Below are positions 32,851 through 44,044 of a DNA stretch of 64,000 bases, in pieces. The notes under the pieces were generated by a model. That model saw nothing but the letters and a program-made list of their open reading frames with translations. It searched no databases and was not told where the DNA came from. Source of the DNA: Candidatus Deferrimicrobiaceae bacterium (GTDB taxonomy: Bacteria > Desulfobacterota > Deferrimicrobia > Deferrimicrobiales > Deferrimicrobiaceae); assembly GCA_963792415.1 (NCBI GenBank), contig CAWBVY010000008.1:43041-107040 (forward strand), given 5' to 3'. A program made the position numbers and the translations under genes. Position 1 is the stretch's first letter; the number at the start of each line of letters is the position of its first letter.

Positions 32851-33735
32851 ATGAAGGAACGGGACGAGGAACCCAGAGTAGCCCCCGGGGAAGGGGAAGG
32901 AGACTGTTCCCGCCGGAGCATCCTGCTGGGGTCTGCCGCGCTCCTCGCGGGGGGGATCGCGGGGCGCGTCAGCACCGCCTACTCCGCGATGGAACCGGCA
33001 TGCGCCCCGGCGCCGCCCCTGCCCTGGAAGTGGCCCAAGCTCGACCCCCTGGAGGCCGGAACGCGGACCTACGAGGCGTACCTGAAGAACAAAGGCTGAG
33101 GGAACGGCACATGGCTGGGGGTCCTCAGCCTTCTGAAAGAGCAGGGCGGTTATCCCTGGACGACCCTTGCCGGACTACATGTTCGAGCACGCAGGCCAGG
33201 GGTACGCCGGGCACGGCACCCTTTGCGGCGCTCTTGGCGTCTGTTCGTGTCTCATCAACCTCGTTATCTACGACAAGGAACACAGCTATGCGGCGGTGAT
33301 CGACCGGCTCTTCTGGTGGTACGCGCAGATGCGATTTCCCGACGGAGCGGTTCGACGCGATCTCCGCGTTTCCCAATCAGGTCAAGGCCCAGGCGATGAC
33401 CCCGCTCTGCCACTCCTCGGTCTCGAAGTGGACATTGGCCGCCGGCGCCGAGGTCAATTCCAAGGAGAAGTACGAACGGTGCGCCAAGGTGGCGGGGGAG
33501 GTCGTCTACACCGTGGTGTATTACCTGAACGAATATTTCGCGGGAAGGTGGAAGCCCGCCGTATGGACGCCGTCGAAGGAGACCGCGCACTGCATCGAAT
33601 GCCACGGCCCGGACGGTTTTTTGCAATTATAGAAACGGCATGAACCAGCAGCAGGGCCACATGGAGTGCCTCCTCTGTCACAAGGACCACATGAAGGCCT
33701 TGATGGACAGGAGGGCGAGGAAGGTGAGGAAGTGA
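32851..33735 (+). CDS. Tat-exported C-GCAxxG-C-C / split-Soret cytochrome c-like selenoprotein with two CxxCH motifs (UGA 33097-33099; three +1 frameshifts)
   Basis: SRRSILL Tat signal; KNKG-UGA-GNGTW continues in frame; GTLCGALG, PLCH.SVSKW, ERCAK, CIECH, CLLCH. Confidence 0.8.
33113..33130 (+). promoter_or_regulatory. SECIS-like hairpin of the cytochrome gene
   Basis: Stem GGCTGGG/CTCAGCC with GGTC loop, starting 13 nt after the UGA. Confidence 0.65.
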
Positions 33736-33802
33736 CCAGGTCCTGCGCACCTGGTGATGGAATCGCGTTTCCGAATCGCACGATACGGAAGGAGATGAAC
33801 AG

Positions 33803-36800
33803 ATGGAGATAACCCGACGGGACTTTCTGAAGGTATCGGGTGCGGCCGGGACGGTCCTCATCGGCGGACTGGGATTCGACCTGTCCCCGGCGGAGGCCTA
33901 TGCCCGGGAGTTGAGGATCAAAGGGGCGAAGGTGACGACGTCGATCTGCTGTTACTGTTCGGTCGGCTGCGGCATCCTCGTGCACACCAGCGAGGGGAAG
34001 GTGATCAACACCGAGGGGGACCCCGAGCACCCGGTCAGCGAGGGGGCGCTCTGCTCCAAAGGTGGGTCGATCTACCAGGTGGTCAACAATGAGAACCGCC
34101 TTCAGAAGCCGCGCTACCGCGCGCCCGGCGCCACCGCGTGGAAGGATGTGGAGTGGGATTGGGCCCTGGACCAGATCGCCCGCAGGATCAAGGATACGCG
34201 GGACAAGACCTTCCGGGCGACCGTAACGGCAGGGGAGAAGAAGTTCCAGGTGAACAGGACCGACGGCATCGCCCACGTGGGAAGCGCGGCCCTGGACAAT
34301 GAAGAGTGCTACCTCATCCAGAAACTCGTGCGGTCCTGGGGCCTGGTGTACGTCGAACACCAGGCGAGGCTTTGACACTCCGCCACTGTAGCGGCTCTGG
34401 GAGAGTCGTTCGGTCGCGGTGCGATGACGAATCACTGGAACGATCTGAAAAATGCCGACGTCATCCTCGTCATGGGGGCGAACCCGGCGTCGAACCACCC
34501 CATTTCGATGAAGTGGATGACGAGGGCGAGGGAACGCGGCGCGAAGCTCGTCTGCGTCGATCCTCGCTTCACGCAGACCGCGGCGGTGGCCGACCTGTAT
34601 GCGCCCCTGCGCTCCGGAACCGACATCGCGTTCCTCGGGGGGATGATCCACTACATTCTGGAACGGAACCTCTTCTTCAGGGAATACGTCGTCAACTACA
34701 CCGACGCCCCGTTCCTCGTCCATGCGGACTTCAAGATGCCGGGCGAGCTCGACGGCGTCTTTTCGGGCTACAACGAAAAGGAAACGAAATACGACAGGAA
34801 GACGTGGGCGTTCCAGCTGGACGAGAAGGGCGTTCCCAAAAAGGATCCGACCCTGAAGGATCCGAATTGCGTCTTCCAGCTGTTGAAGAAGCACTACTCC
34901 CGCTACACGGTGGAGAAGGTATCGCAGGTCACCGGGACCCCGAAGGAGAAACTCGAAGAGGTCTATGAAACCATCGGTTCGACGGGGAAGCCGGACCGGG
35001 CGGCGACGGGCTGCTACGCCATGGGGTGGACGCAGCATACGGTCGGCGTGCAGAACATACGTGCCTTCACCATCGTGCAGCTCCTCCTCGGCAACATGGG
35101 GATGGCGGGGGGCGGAGTGAACGCGATGCGGGGGGAAGGGAACGTCCAGGGATCCACGGACCACGCGATCCTCTTCCATATCCTGCCCGGATACCTCCCC
35201 ACGCCGTCGGCCTCCCTCGTAAGCCTGAAGGACTATACCGGCAAGTACACGCCCACGACGAAGGAGCCGAAGAGCGTCAACTGGTGGGGGAACCGGGGGA
35301 AGTACATCACCAGCTACCTCAAGGCCCTCTACGGCGACCACGCGACGAAGGAGAACGACTTCGCCTACTCCTGGCTTCCGAAGCTCGACGAGGGGATGCA
35401 GGCGTCGTGGCTCCCGATGTTCGTCCAGATGTATCGGGGCGCGTTCGAAGGGTTCTTCGCCTGGGGGATGAACCCCGCCTGTTCGAGCCCGGGTGCGGGG
35501 AAGGCGAGAGAGGCTCTCGGAAAGCTGAAGTGGATGGTCAACGTCAACCTCTACGACAACGAGACGGCCTCCTTCTGGAGAGGTCCGGGCATGAAGCCCG
35601 AAGAAGATCAGGACGGAGGTCTTCCTGTTGCCGTGCTGTTCCTCCGTCGAGAAGGAAGGGAGCATCTCGAACTCCGGCCGTCTCGCGCAGTGGAGATACA
35701 AGGCGATCGAGCCGCTCGGGCAGTCGATGCCCGACGCGGAGATCATGAACGAGCTCTACTTCCGGGTGAAGAAGCTCTACCAGAAGGGGAAAGGGGCCTT
35801 CCCCGATCCGATCGTGAATCTCACGTGGGAGTACGGGGAGAAGGACCCGCAGGGGAAGGTGAAGCACCTCGACATTCACAAGGTCGCGATGGAGATCAAC
35901 GGGTATTACCACGAAGACGTGTACGACCAGAAGGCGACCCCCCCGAAGCTCATCGGCAGGAAAGGGAACCTGGTGCCGAACTTCGTGAGCCTGCGGGACG
36001 ACGGATCCACGTCGAGCGGGAACTGGCTCTACAGCGGGAGCTACACCATGAAAGACGGAAAGGCCGTCAACATGATGGCCCGCAGGGGGAAGGAAGACCC
36101 GACCGGCCTCGGGCTCTATCCGAACTGGGCGTGGGCATGGCCGGTGAACCGGAGGGTCCTCTACAACCGCGCCTCCGTCGACTTGAACGGGAATCCGTGG
36201 GACCCGAACCGCCCGGTACTCAAATGGAACCCGGCGGACCCCGCTGCCGGGAAACCGGGCGGGTGGGCAGGAGACGTCCCCGACGGCCCGGCACCTCCCT
36301 CTGGGGAACGAGGGAGGGAAACTCCCCTTCATCATGAAGCCGCTCGGCGTCGGCACGATCTTCGGGAACCTTGGAGACGGTCCGTTTCCCGAGCATTACG
36401 AGCCGTTGGAGAGCCCGGTCCCGGCGAACCCCATGTCGAAAAAGCACCGGGTGAACCCGACGCTTCCTCTTGCGAAACTGCAGGCGATGGCGAAGGACCC
36501 GACCTTCCTCTTCTCCTTCGATTTCAAGCGGTACCCCATCGTGGCGACGACATACCGCATGAGCGAACATTGGCAGACGGGCGTCATGACCCGACACCTC
36601 CCCTGGCAGCTGGAGATGCAGCCCCAGATGTTCGTCGAGATGGACAAGGATCTGGCGGCGGAGAAGGGGATCAAAAACGGCGACACGGTGGTTGTGGCCT
36701 CCGCCAGGGGGAAGCTCTCCTGCCCCGCGATCGTGACGGATCGATTCAGGCCGTTCAGGATCATGGACACCACGGTCCACCTGGTGGGGATGCCGTGGCA

Positions 36801-36984
36801 CTTCGGGTGGCAGTTTCCCGCGGACGGCAGCGGAGGGGACAGCGCCAACCTCCTGACGCCGTTTCTCGGCGATCCGAACACCTGGATACCGGAATCGAAG
36901 GCCTTCATGGTCAACATCAGCAGACTCGCTGACCAGTCGGTTGAACCGGCGGCCGCGAAGACCAAGAAGAGCAAGGGGAGGTAG
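33803..36984 (+). CDS. fdnG: Formate dehydrogenase-N-type alpha subunit, selenocysteine-containing (UGA 34373-34375; +1 frameshifts near 35607 and 36300)
   Basis: TRRDFLK Tat signal, CCYCSVGC, EHQARL-U-HSATV, MRGEGNVQG, FPEHYEP, PESKAFMV. Confidence 0.93.
34391..34409 (+). promoter_or_regulatory. SECIS hairpin of fdnG
   Basis: Stem GCGGCTCT/AGAGTCGT with GGG loop, starting 15 nt after the UGA. Confidence 0.75.
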
Positions 36985-36989
36985 CCGAC

Positions 36990-37718
36990 ATGGCGGGGAA
37001 ATCCTTTTTCATAGACACGAGCCGGTGCACGGGGTGCCGGGGGTGCCAGGTTGCCTGCAAACAGTGGAACCAGAACCCGGCAACGAAAACGTCCCAGCGG
37101 GGAACGTACCAGAACCCGCCGGACCTTTCGACCGCCACCTTCAAGTTGGTCAGATTCAGCGAAACGCCCGGCACGGGAGGGGACCCGAACTGGTTCTTCT
37201 TCCCCGACCAGTGCAGGCACTGCCTCTATCCCCTCTGTAAAATGGCGGCGGATCGAAAGGCGAAGGGGGCGATCGCCATCGATTCGAGAACCCGGGCCGT
37301 CACCTTCAATCCCGCGGTAAAGATATCTCCGGAAGATTTCAAGGAGGTCCGCGAGATCTGCCCGTTCGACATCCCCCGGTACGACGAGAAGTCCGGCGGC
37401 ATGGCCAAATGCACGATGTGCTTCGACCGGATCACCGAGGGGATGCTTCCGTCCTGCGTCAAGGCGTGTCCCACGGGGACGATGAGTTTCGGCGATCGGG
37501 ATGCCATCCTCAAGATGGCCGAAAACCGGCTTGATGAAGTGAGGAGAATCCACAGAAGAGCTTCGTTGATCGTTCCCGAGTCCGTCCGGGTGATCTTCCT
37601 CGTGAAGGATGATCCCGAGAAGTATTACGAGTTCGCCGCCGAGAGAACCGGGAGCGGGAACATAAGGATGACGGCGATGGAGCGCCTCCGTCACCTTTCC
37701 TCCCTATACGGGGCATGA
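36990..37718 (+). CDS. fdnH: Formate dehydrogenase Fe-S beta subunit (no TM anchor)
   Basis: CTGCRGCQVACKQWN, CRHC..P.C, KCTMC, CVKACP. Confidence 0.9.
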   Translation: MAGKSFFIDTSRCTGCRGCQVACKQWNQNPATKTSQRGTYQNPPDLSTATFKLVRFSETPGTGGDPNWFFFPDQCRHCLYPLCKMAADRKAKGAIAIDSRTRAVTFNPAVKISPEDFKEVREICPFDIPRYDEKSGGMAKCTMCFDRITEGMLPSCVKACPTGTMSFGDRDAILKMAENRLDEVRRIHRRASLIVPESVRVIFLVKDDPEKYYEFAAERTGSGNIRMTAMERLRHLSSLYGA

Positions 37719-37742
37719 TCGGGGAGGCGATCCCGAAATTTC

Positions 37743-38647
37743 ATGACGATGGAGAGGGAATTTGGGGAAAACAGGAGAGAGGGTTCGGCAACTCAAAGGA
37801 AAACGACCAGGCTACGCGGAGATTCTGGACTTTTACGCAAAGGTCAGGGAGTTGCAGGACCGATCGAAGTCCTCTTTGAAAACGGATCCGATAAAGCTCG
37901 AAAAGGAACGGAAGGAGCTCCTGGCCAGGGAAGGTTTTCCGTTGATCCGGAAAGAGGATTTTCCGTTGGACATCGAGGCGTCGATCCGGCTTTTCCGGTC
38001 CCTCTGCCGGATCGGGAAAGCGGCGAACTCTCACATGGCCGGGCAGGTGGAAAAGATCCGGGATCTTCTCGCCAAGAAAAAGATCGATCTGAAGAAATTA
38101 TTCGATGGGGGAGTGAAGGAAGAAACGATCGAACAGGTTGCCGCCGAATCGGGATTGGATCAATCGATCCTTTCGTTTCTCCTTCAGAGCAGCATCCGGC
38201 CTTCGATCGAGGCGGGAGTGGAGCAGCTTCGCGGGGAAGTCGATCCGGAAACCTGGCGAAAAGGTCACTGTCCCGCCTGTGGCTCCCCTCCCTCCCTGAG
38301 TCTGCTGAAAGGGGTGGAGGGGAAACGGTACCTTCTCTGCTCCTGCTGCGGTTCTCAATGGAGAGCGGACCGGCTCCGCTGCCCCGCCTGCGACAACAAG
38401 GAGCAGGAATCCCTGGGATATTTCTGCGCCGAGGGAGAGGAGGCCTTCCGCATCGATCTCTGCGATCGATGCCACCGGTATATCAAGACGATCGATTACA
38501 GAAACCTGGAAGAGTCCGATCCGTGCCTGGAGGATCTCGCCACCCTCCACCTCGATCTCCTGGCCTCCGAAGAAGGGGTATAAAAGACCCGATGGGGTGG
38601 GTCGGGATCTGAAATCCGCACTGCTGGGAATTCCCAGGCGGGAGTAG
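37743..38647 (+). CDS. fdhE: Formate dehydrogenase accessory protein FdhE (probable +1 frameshifts near both ends; core 37762-38583)
   Basis: CPACGS, RYLLCSCCG, RLRCPAC, CDRCHRYIK, DLATLHLDLLA. Confidence 0.88.
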
Positions 38648-38693
38648 ATCCGGTGGTGCACTTCATCTCAAGCAACGGAAAAGGAGACGGATC

Positions 38694-40421
38694 ATGAAGG
38701 TCATCATCGTTGGGGGAGTGGCCGGCGGCGCGTCGTGCGCGGCGCGTTTGCGCAGGGTGGACGAAAAGGCCGAGATCCTCATGGTCGAGCGCGGGCCGTA
38801 CGTCTCGTATGCGAACTGCGGGCTGCCGTACCACGTCGGGGGCGCGATCGAAAAGGAGTCGAGCCTCCTGGTGGCGACGGAACAGACGTTCCGCGGGGTG
38901 TTCGGGATCGATTGCCGGACGCGCTGCGAGGTCGTCGGCATCTCGTCGAAGAAGAAGACCGTGGACCTCAAGAACCACGGTACCGGGGAGGTGACCACCG
39001 AGAAGTACGACAAACTCGTGCTGTCGCCCGGGGCGGCGCCGATCCGCCCGCCGCTGCCCGGCATCGATCTTCCGGGGATCTTCTCCGTGAGAACCGTGCC
39101 GGACGCCCGGAGCATACGCGAGTGGCTCGACCGCGGGACGGAGGTTCGATCCGGCATGGGTTCGTACACGGGATTCCAGACGGCGACGAAGACGAAGCGC
39201 GCGGTGGTGGTCGGCGGCGGGTTCATCGGCCTCGAGATGGTGGAGAACCTGGTCCACCGCGGGGGCGAGCGGCACGATCTTCCGCCCCAGGAGGCTCCCC
39301 GGGTCGAAGTGACGCTGATCGAGAAGCTCGATCAGGTCATGCCCCCGCTCGATCCGGAGATGGCGCACGTCGTCGAGCGATACATGACAAAGCACGGCGT
39401 CCGGCTCGAGCTCAACGACGGCGTGGCCGGATTCCGGCAGACCGGAGACGGTTCGCTGGAAGTCCTGACCGGTTCCGGAAAGGTGCACCCGGCGGATATC
39501 GTGATCCTCGCGATCGGGGTCCGCCCGGAGACCGAGCTGGCGAAGATGGCCGGGATCGAGATCGGCCAGCGCGGCGGGATCCGCGTCGACGAGCAGATGC
39601 GCACGAGCGACCCGGACATCTTCGCCGTCGGCGACGCGGTCGAGGTCAAGGATTTCGTCACCGGCGAATGGACGCTCATTCCCCTCGCCGGGCCGGCCAA
39701 CCGGCAGGGCCGGATCGTGGCCGACGTGATCGCCGGGCGCGACTCCCGCTACCGCGGCACGCAGGGGACCTCGATCTGCAAGATCTTCGAGGGGGTGATC
39801 GCCCAGACCGGCGCCAGCGAGAAGACCCTTGTCCGGCTCGGGGACAAGGATTTCGAGAAGATCTACCTTTACCCGAATTCGCACGCGGGGTACTACCCGG
39901 GCGCGAAGATGCTCGCGATCAAGGTCCTCTTCCGGAAATCGGACGGGCGTCTCCTCGGGGCGCAGGTGCTGGGCGAGGAAGGTGTTCCAAAGCGGATCGA
40001 CTCCTTCGCCATGGCGATCCAGATGGGCTGCACGGTTTACGACCTGGAGGAGGCGGAGCTTTGCTACGCTCCCCCGTTCGGCAGCGCGAAGGACCCCGTC
40101 AACTTCGCGGGGATGATCGCGGCGAATCTCCTGCGCGGCGACATGCCGCTCTGCCACTGGGACTCCGTGGACGGTGCGTTCCTCCTCGACGTGCGCAATC
40201 CCCAGGAACTCGCCGTGGAGTCCGTTCCGGGCGCGCACAACATCCCGCTGCCGCAGCTCCGCGCACGCCTGGGCGAACTTCCCCGCGACCGCGAGATCCT
40301 CACCATCTGCCGCTCCGCCACGCGCGCCTACTATGCCACGCGCATCCTTCTGCAGAACGGGTTCAAGGCCCGGAACATCTCCGGCGGCATGCTGTCGCGT
40401 TCGATGCTCGCGGCAAAGTGA
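38694..40421 (+). CDS. CoA-disulfide/persulfide reductase with C-terminal rhodanese domain
   Basis: GGVAGGAS, SYANCGLPY, GGGFIGLE, LCYAPPFG, rhodanese LDVR..E and CRS..R. Confidence 0.9.
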   Translation: MKVIIVGGVAGGASCAARLRRVDEKAEILMVERGPYVSYANCGLPYHVGGAIEKESSLLVATEQTFRGVFGIDCRTRCEVVGISSKKKTVDLKNHGTGEVTTEKYDKLVLSPGAAPIRPPLPGIDLPGIFSVRTVPDARSIREWLDRGTEVRSGMGSYTGFQTATKTKRAVVVGGGFIGLEMVENLVHRGGERHDLPPQEAPRVEVTLIEKLDQVMPPLDPEMAHVVERYMTKHGVRLELNDGVAGFRQTGDGSLEVLTGSGKVHPADIVILAIGVRPETELAKMAGIEIGQRGGIRVDEQMRTSDPDIFAVGDAVEVKDFVTGEWTLIPLAGPANRQGRIVADVIAGRDSRYRGTQGTSICKIFEGVIAQTGASEKTLVRLGDKDFEKIYLYPNSHAGYYPGAKMLAIKVLFRKSDGRLLGAQVLGEEGVPKRIDSFAMAIQMGCTVYDLEEAELCYAPPFGSAKDPVNFAGMIAANLLRGDMPLCHWDSVDGAFLLDVRNPQELAVESVPGAHNIPLPQLRARLGELPRDREILTICRSATRAYYATRILLQNGFKARNISGGMLSRSMLAAK

Positions 40422-40452
40422 AACAGCGGAAGGCGATGGAGGGCGATAGATC

Positions 40453-41007
40453 ATGAGCAGCACAGGAAAGAAAAAAGGGGACCTGAAGAAGAAGATCGTC
40501 CACGAACTGGTCGAGTACTGGATCAATGTCATTTATCTCGCCCTCGTGTTCGCCGCCTTCACGCAGTACCGGAGGCTCCTTCTGGCCGCACACGACATCA
40601 CGTACACGAATTACGGATTTGCCGTGATCGAAGCGTTGATTCTCGCGAAAGTCATCATGATCGGAGACGTGTTCCGCCTCGGCCGCGGCCTGGAACGGAA
40701 GCCCTTGATCTATCCCACCCTGTACAAGACGGTCGTTTTCACTCTCTTTGTCGCCGTCTTTACCCTCGTCGAGCATGGGATCAAGGGTCTTTGGAAGGGG
40801 GAGGGATTCACGGGTGGCATCGTTGACTTCTTCGGGAAAGGATCCGATGAAATCCTCGCCAATTCCCTGGTCGTTTTTGTCGCATTCATCCCCTTCTTCG
40901 CCATCAAGGAGTTGGGGCGGGTGTTAGGGCAGGACAGGATAAGAGCTCTCTTTTTCCGGAGAAGGGACGAGCAAGGAGCCGGAAGTTTCGACCCGCGGAA
41001 GATATGA
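40453..41007 (+). CDS. Hypothetical membrane protein (about 4 TM)
   Basis: Hydrophobic helices, ALILAKV motif, VAFIPFFA..EL. Confidence 0.7.
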   Translation: MSSTGKKKGDLKKKIVHELVEYWINVIYLALVFAAFTQYRRLLLAAHDITYTNYGFAVIEALILAKVIMIGDVFRLGRGLERKPLIYPTLYKTVVFTLFVAVFTLVEHGIKGLWKGEGFTGGIVDFFGKGSDEILANSLVVFVAFIPFFAIKELGRVLGQDRIRALFFRRRDEQGAGSFDPRKI

Positions 41008-41087
41008 CGACGATGGAGCGAAGAAGGCGTCGATCGGAATAATCTGCTCCCTGATTGGAGGCGAACCTCCAGCGCAATGCTGGAAAC

Positions 41088-41122
41088 AAAGGGGATTCCG
41101 GTAAGATCCGGAGTCCCCTTTT
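41088..41122 (+). terminator. Rho-independent terminator
   Basis: GGGGATTCCGG-TAAGAT-CCGGAGTCCCC followed by TTTT. Confidence 0.65.
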
Positions 41123-41278
41123 CCGTTGGAAAACGGCCCGTGGGGAAGTTTCGGGGGAATTCGTACTGGACCCCGTGTGAATCATCCATCGAAAGAGTAA
41201 AATTGAAAATAATGGATATGGATACCGGTGGACCGATCTCTGCAGCCAACCCGATGTTGAGGCAAACGGAGGCGCCCC

Positions 41279-44044
41279 ATGAACGCCGAACACGACCGAC
41301 TGAAGGAATCCCGGGAGCGGAAGGTCCTCTGGAAGAAATGGGGGCCGTACCTGAGCGAGCGGCAGTGGGGGACGGTCCGCGAGGATTACAGCGAGGGGGG
41401 CGACGCCTGGAACTTCTTCACCCACGACCATGCCCGCTCGCGCGCCTATCGCTGGGGCGAGGACGGCATCGCCGGCATTTCCGATGACAAGCAGCGCCTC
41501 TGCTTCGCGCTGGCCCTGTGGAACGGGAAGGACCCCATCCTCAAGGAACGGCTCTTCGGCCTGACCAACAGCGAAGGCAACCACGGCGAGGACGTCAAGG
41601 AGTACTACTTCTACCTCGACAGCACGCCGACCCACTCCTACATGAAGTACCTCTACAAGTACCCGCAGGCGGCCTTTCCCTACGCCGACCTGGTGGAGAC
41701 GAACCGCCGTCGCACCCGGGAGGAGATGGAGTACGAACTCCTCGACACCGGCGTCTTCAATGACGACCGCTACTTCGACGTCTTCGTGGAGTACGCCAAG
41801 GACGGTCCGGACGACATCCTGGTGAAGATCACCGCGGCCAACCGGGGACCGGACGGCGGCCGAACTGCACCTCCTGCCGACGCTCTGGTTCCGGAACGAC
41901 TGGTCTGCGTGGATCGCCGAGTCAGCAGGGCCGCCGAGAAACCGAACCTCAAGCAGATCAAGGCGGCGGCGGGCACGAGCGCGGTCGCGGCGACGCATCC
42001 GGTGCTGGGGGAGTACATCCTCTGCTGCGAAGGCGAGGTGCCGCTGCTCTTCACCGAGAACGAGACGAACCACGAGCGGCTCTTCCCCGGGACAGAAGAA
42101 CGAGAGCCCCCACGTCAAGGACGGCATCAACGACTGCGTGGTACAGGGCAATCAGGGCGCGGTGAACCCCGAAAAGCAGGGCACCAAGGTCGCGGCGCAC
42201 TACCGGCTGAAGGTCGGCCCCGGCCAGTCGGCGACGGTGCGGCTGCGCCTGACGGCTCGGCCGCTGCCGTGCGAGCGGAAAACCAAGGCAGCGCAGCCCC
42301 TTCGGCCCGGAGTTCGACGAAGATCCTGGCCGCCCGGCTGCAGGAGGCGGACGAGTTCTACCGGTCGGTGACCCCGCCTTCCGTCTCGCCGGACGCGGCC
42401 AACGTGATGCGCCAGGCCATCGCCGGCATGCTGTGGAGCAAGCAGTTCTACTTCTTCGACGGCGACAACTGGCTGGACGAGCACAACTCCAATCCCCTCC
42501 ATGCCGGGTATCGCGCCTCCCGGAACTCGGAGTGGTTCCACATGGTCAACGAGGACATCATCTCGATGCCCGACAAGTGGGAGTACCCCTGGTACGCGGC
42601 CTGGGACCTGGCCTTCCACACGCTCCCGCTCGCGATCGTGGACCCCGACTTCGCCAAGGAGCAGATGGAACTGATGCTGCGCGGGGTCTACCTGCACCCC
42701 AGCGGCCAGATGCCCGCCTACGAGTGGAACTTCAGCGACGTGAACCCCCCGGTCCACGCCTTCGCGACGCTCTTCCTGCACCGCACCGAGCAGGCCCTGC
42801 GCGGCGAGACGGACGTCGATTTCCTCAAGTCGGCGTTCAACAAGCTGCTGCTGAACTTCACCTGGTGGGTGAACCGCAAGGACCGGTTCGGCAAGAACGT
42901 CTTCGAGGGGGGCTTCCTCGGCCTCGACAACATCGGCGTCTTCGACCGCAGCGCCCCGCTGCCGACCGGCGGCCACCTGGAGCAGGCGGACGGCACGGCG
43001 TGGATGGCCCTCTTCAGCCAGAACATGCTGGAACTTGCGGTCGGAGACTCGCCGCCCACGACCCCACCTACGAGGACATGGTCTCGAAGTTCGCCGAGCA
43101 CTTCTACTACATCGCCGCCGCCATGAACCGCCCGGGCCAGGACGGCATGTGGGACGAGGAGGACGGCTTCTACTACGACCTGCTGCGGCTCCCCGACGGC
43201 AGCGCCACGCGGCTCAAGGTGCGCTCGATGGTGGGGCTCCTGCCCCTGTGCGCGACGACGGTGATCGAGGCGTGGCAGCGGGAGCGCGTTCCGCGGGCGA
43301 TGGCCCAGATCCAGGAACGCCTGCGCCGGATGCCCGAGCTGCTGACAGTCCATCCACCCCACGGGCCCGGGACACTTCGGCGTGGCCGACCGGGGGATCA
43401 TGGCCCTGGTCAACCCGGAGCGGCTCCGCCGGATCCTCACGAAGATGCTCGACGAGAACGAGTTCCTGGGCCCCTACGGCATCCGCTCGCTCTCCAAGTT
43501 CCACGAGCAGCACCCGTACGTCTTCCACGTGAACGGCCAGGAGTACCGGGTGGACTACCTGCCGGCCGAGTCGAACACCGGCATGTTCGGCGGCAACTCC
43601 AACTGGCGGGGCCCGGTCTGGATGCCGGTGAACGCGCTCATCATCCGGGCGCTGCTGAACTTCTACCTGTACTACGGCGACAACTTCAAGATCGAATGCC
43701 CCACCGGCTCCGGGCAAGATGATGAACCTCTTCGAGGTCGCCAAGGAGATCGCCGACCGGCTCAGCCGGATCTTCCTGCGCGACGAACACGGCCGGCGCC
43801 CCGTCTACGGCGGCACGGAGAAGTTCCAGACCGATCCCCACTGGCGCGATCACCTCCTCTTCTACGAGTACTTCCACGGCGACAACGGCGCCGGGCTGGG
43901 CGCCAGCCACCAGACCGGCTGGACCGGGCTCGTGGCCAAGACCATCCAGCTGTACGGGCTCCTGGATTCCAAGCGGGCGCTGGAGGGGGGCAAGCAGGCC
44001 GCGTTCATAAGGGCGCCCGCGGCGCCGGGGGGCAGAAGGGATGA
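41279..44044 (+). CDS. GH63 / MGH1-like glucosidase (multiple frameshifts)
   Basis: [62 protein letters not shown] across frames. Confidence 0.88.
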
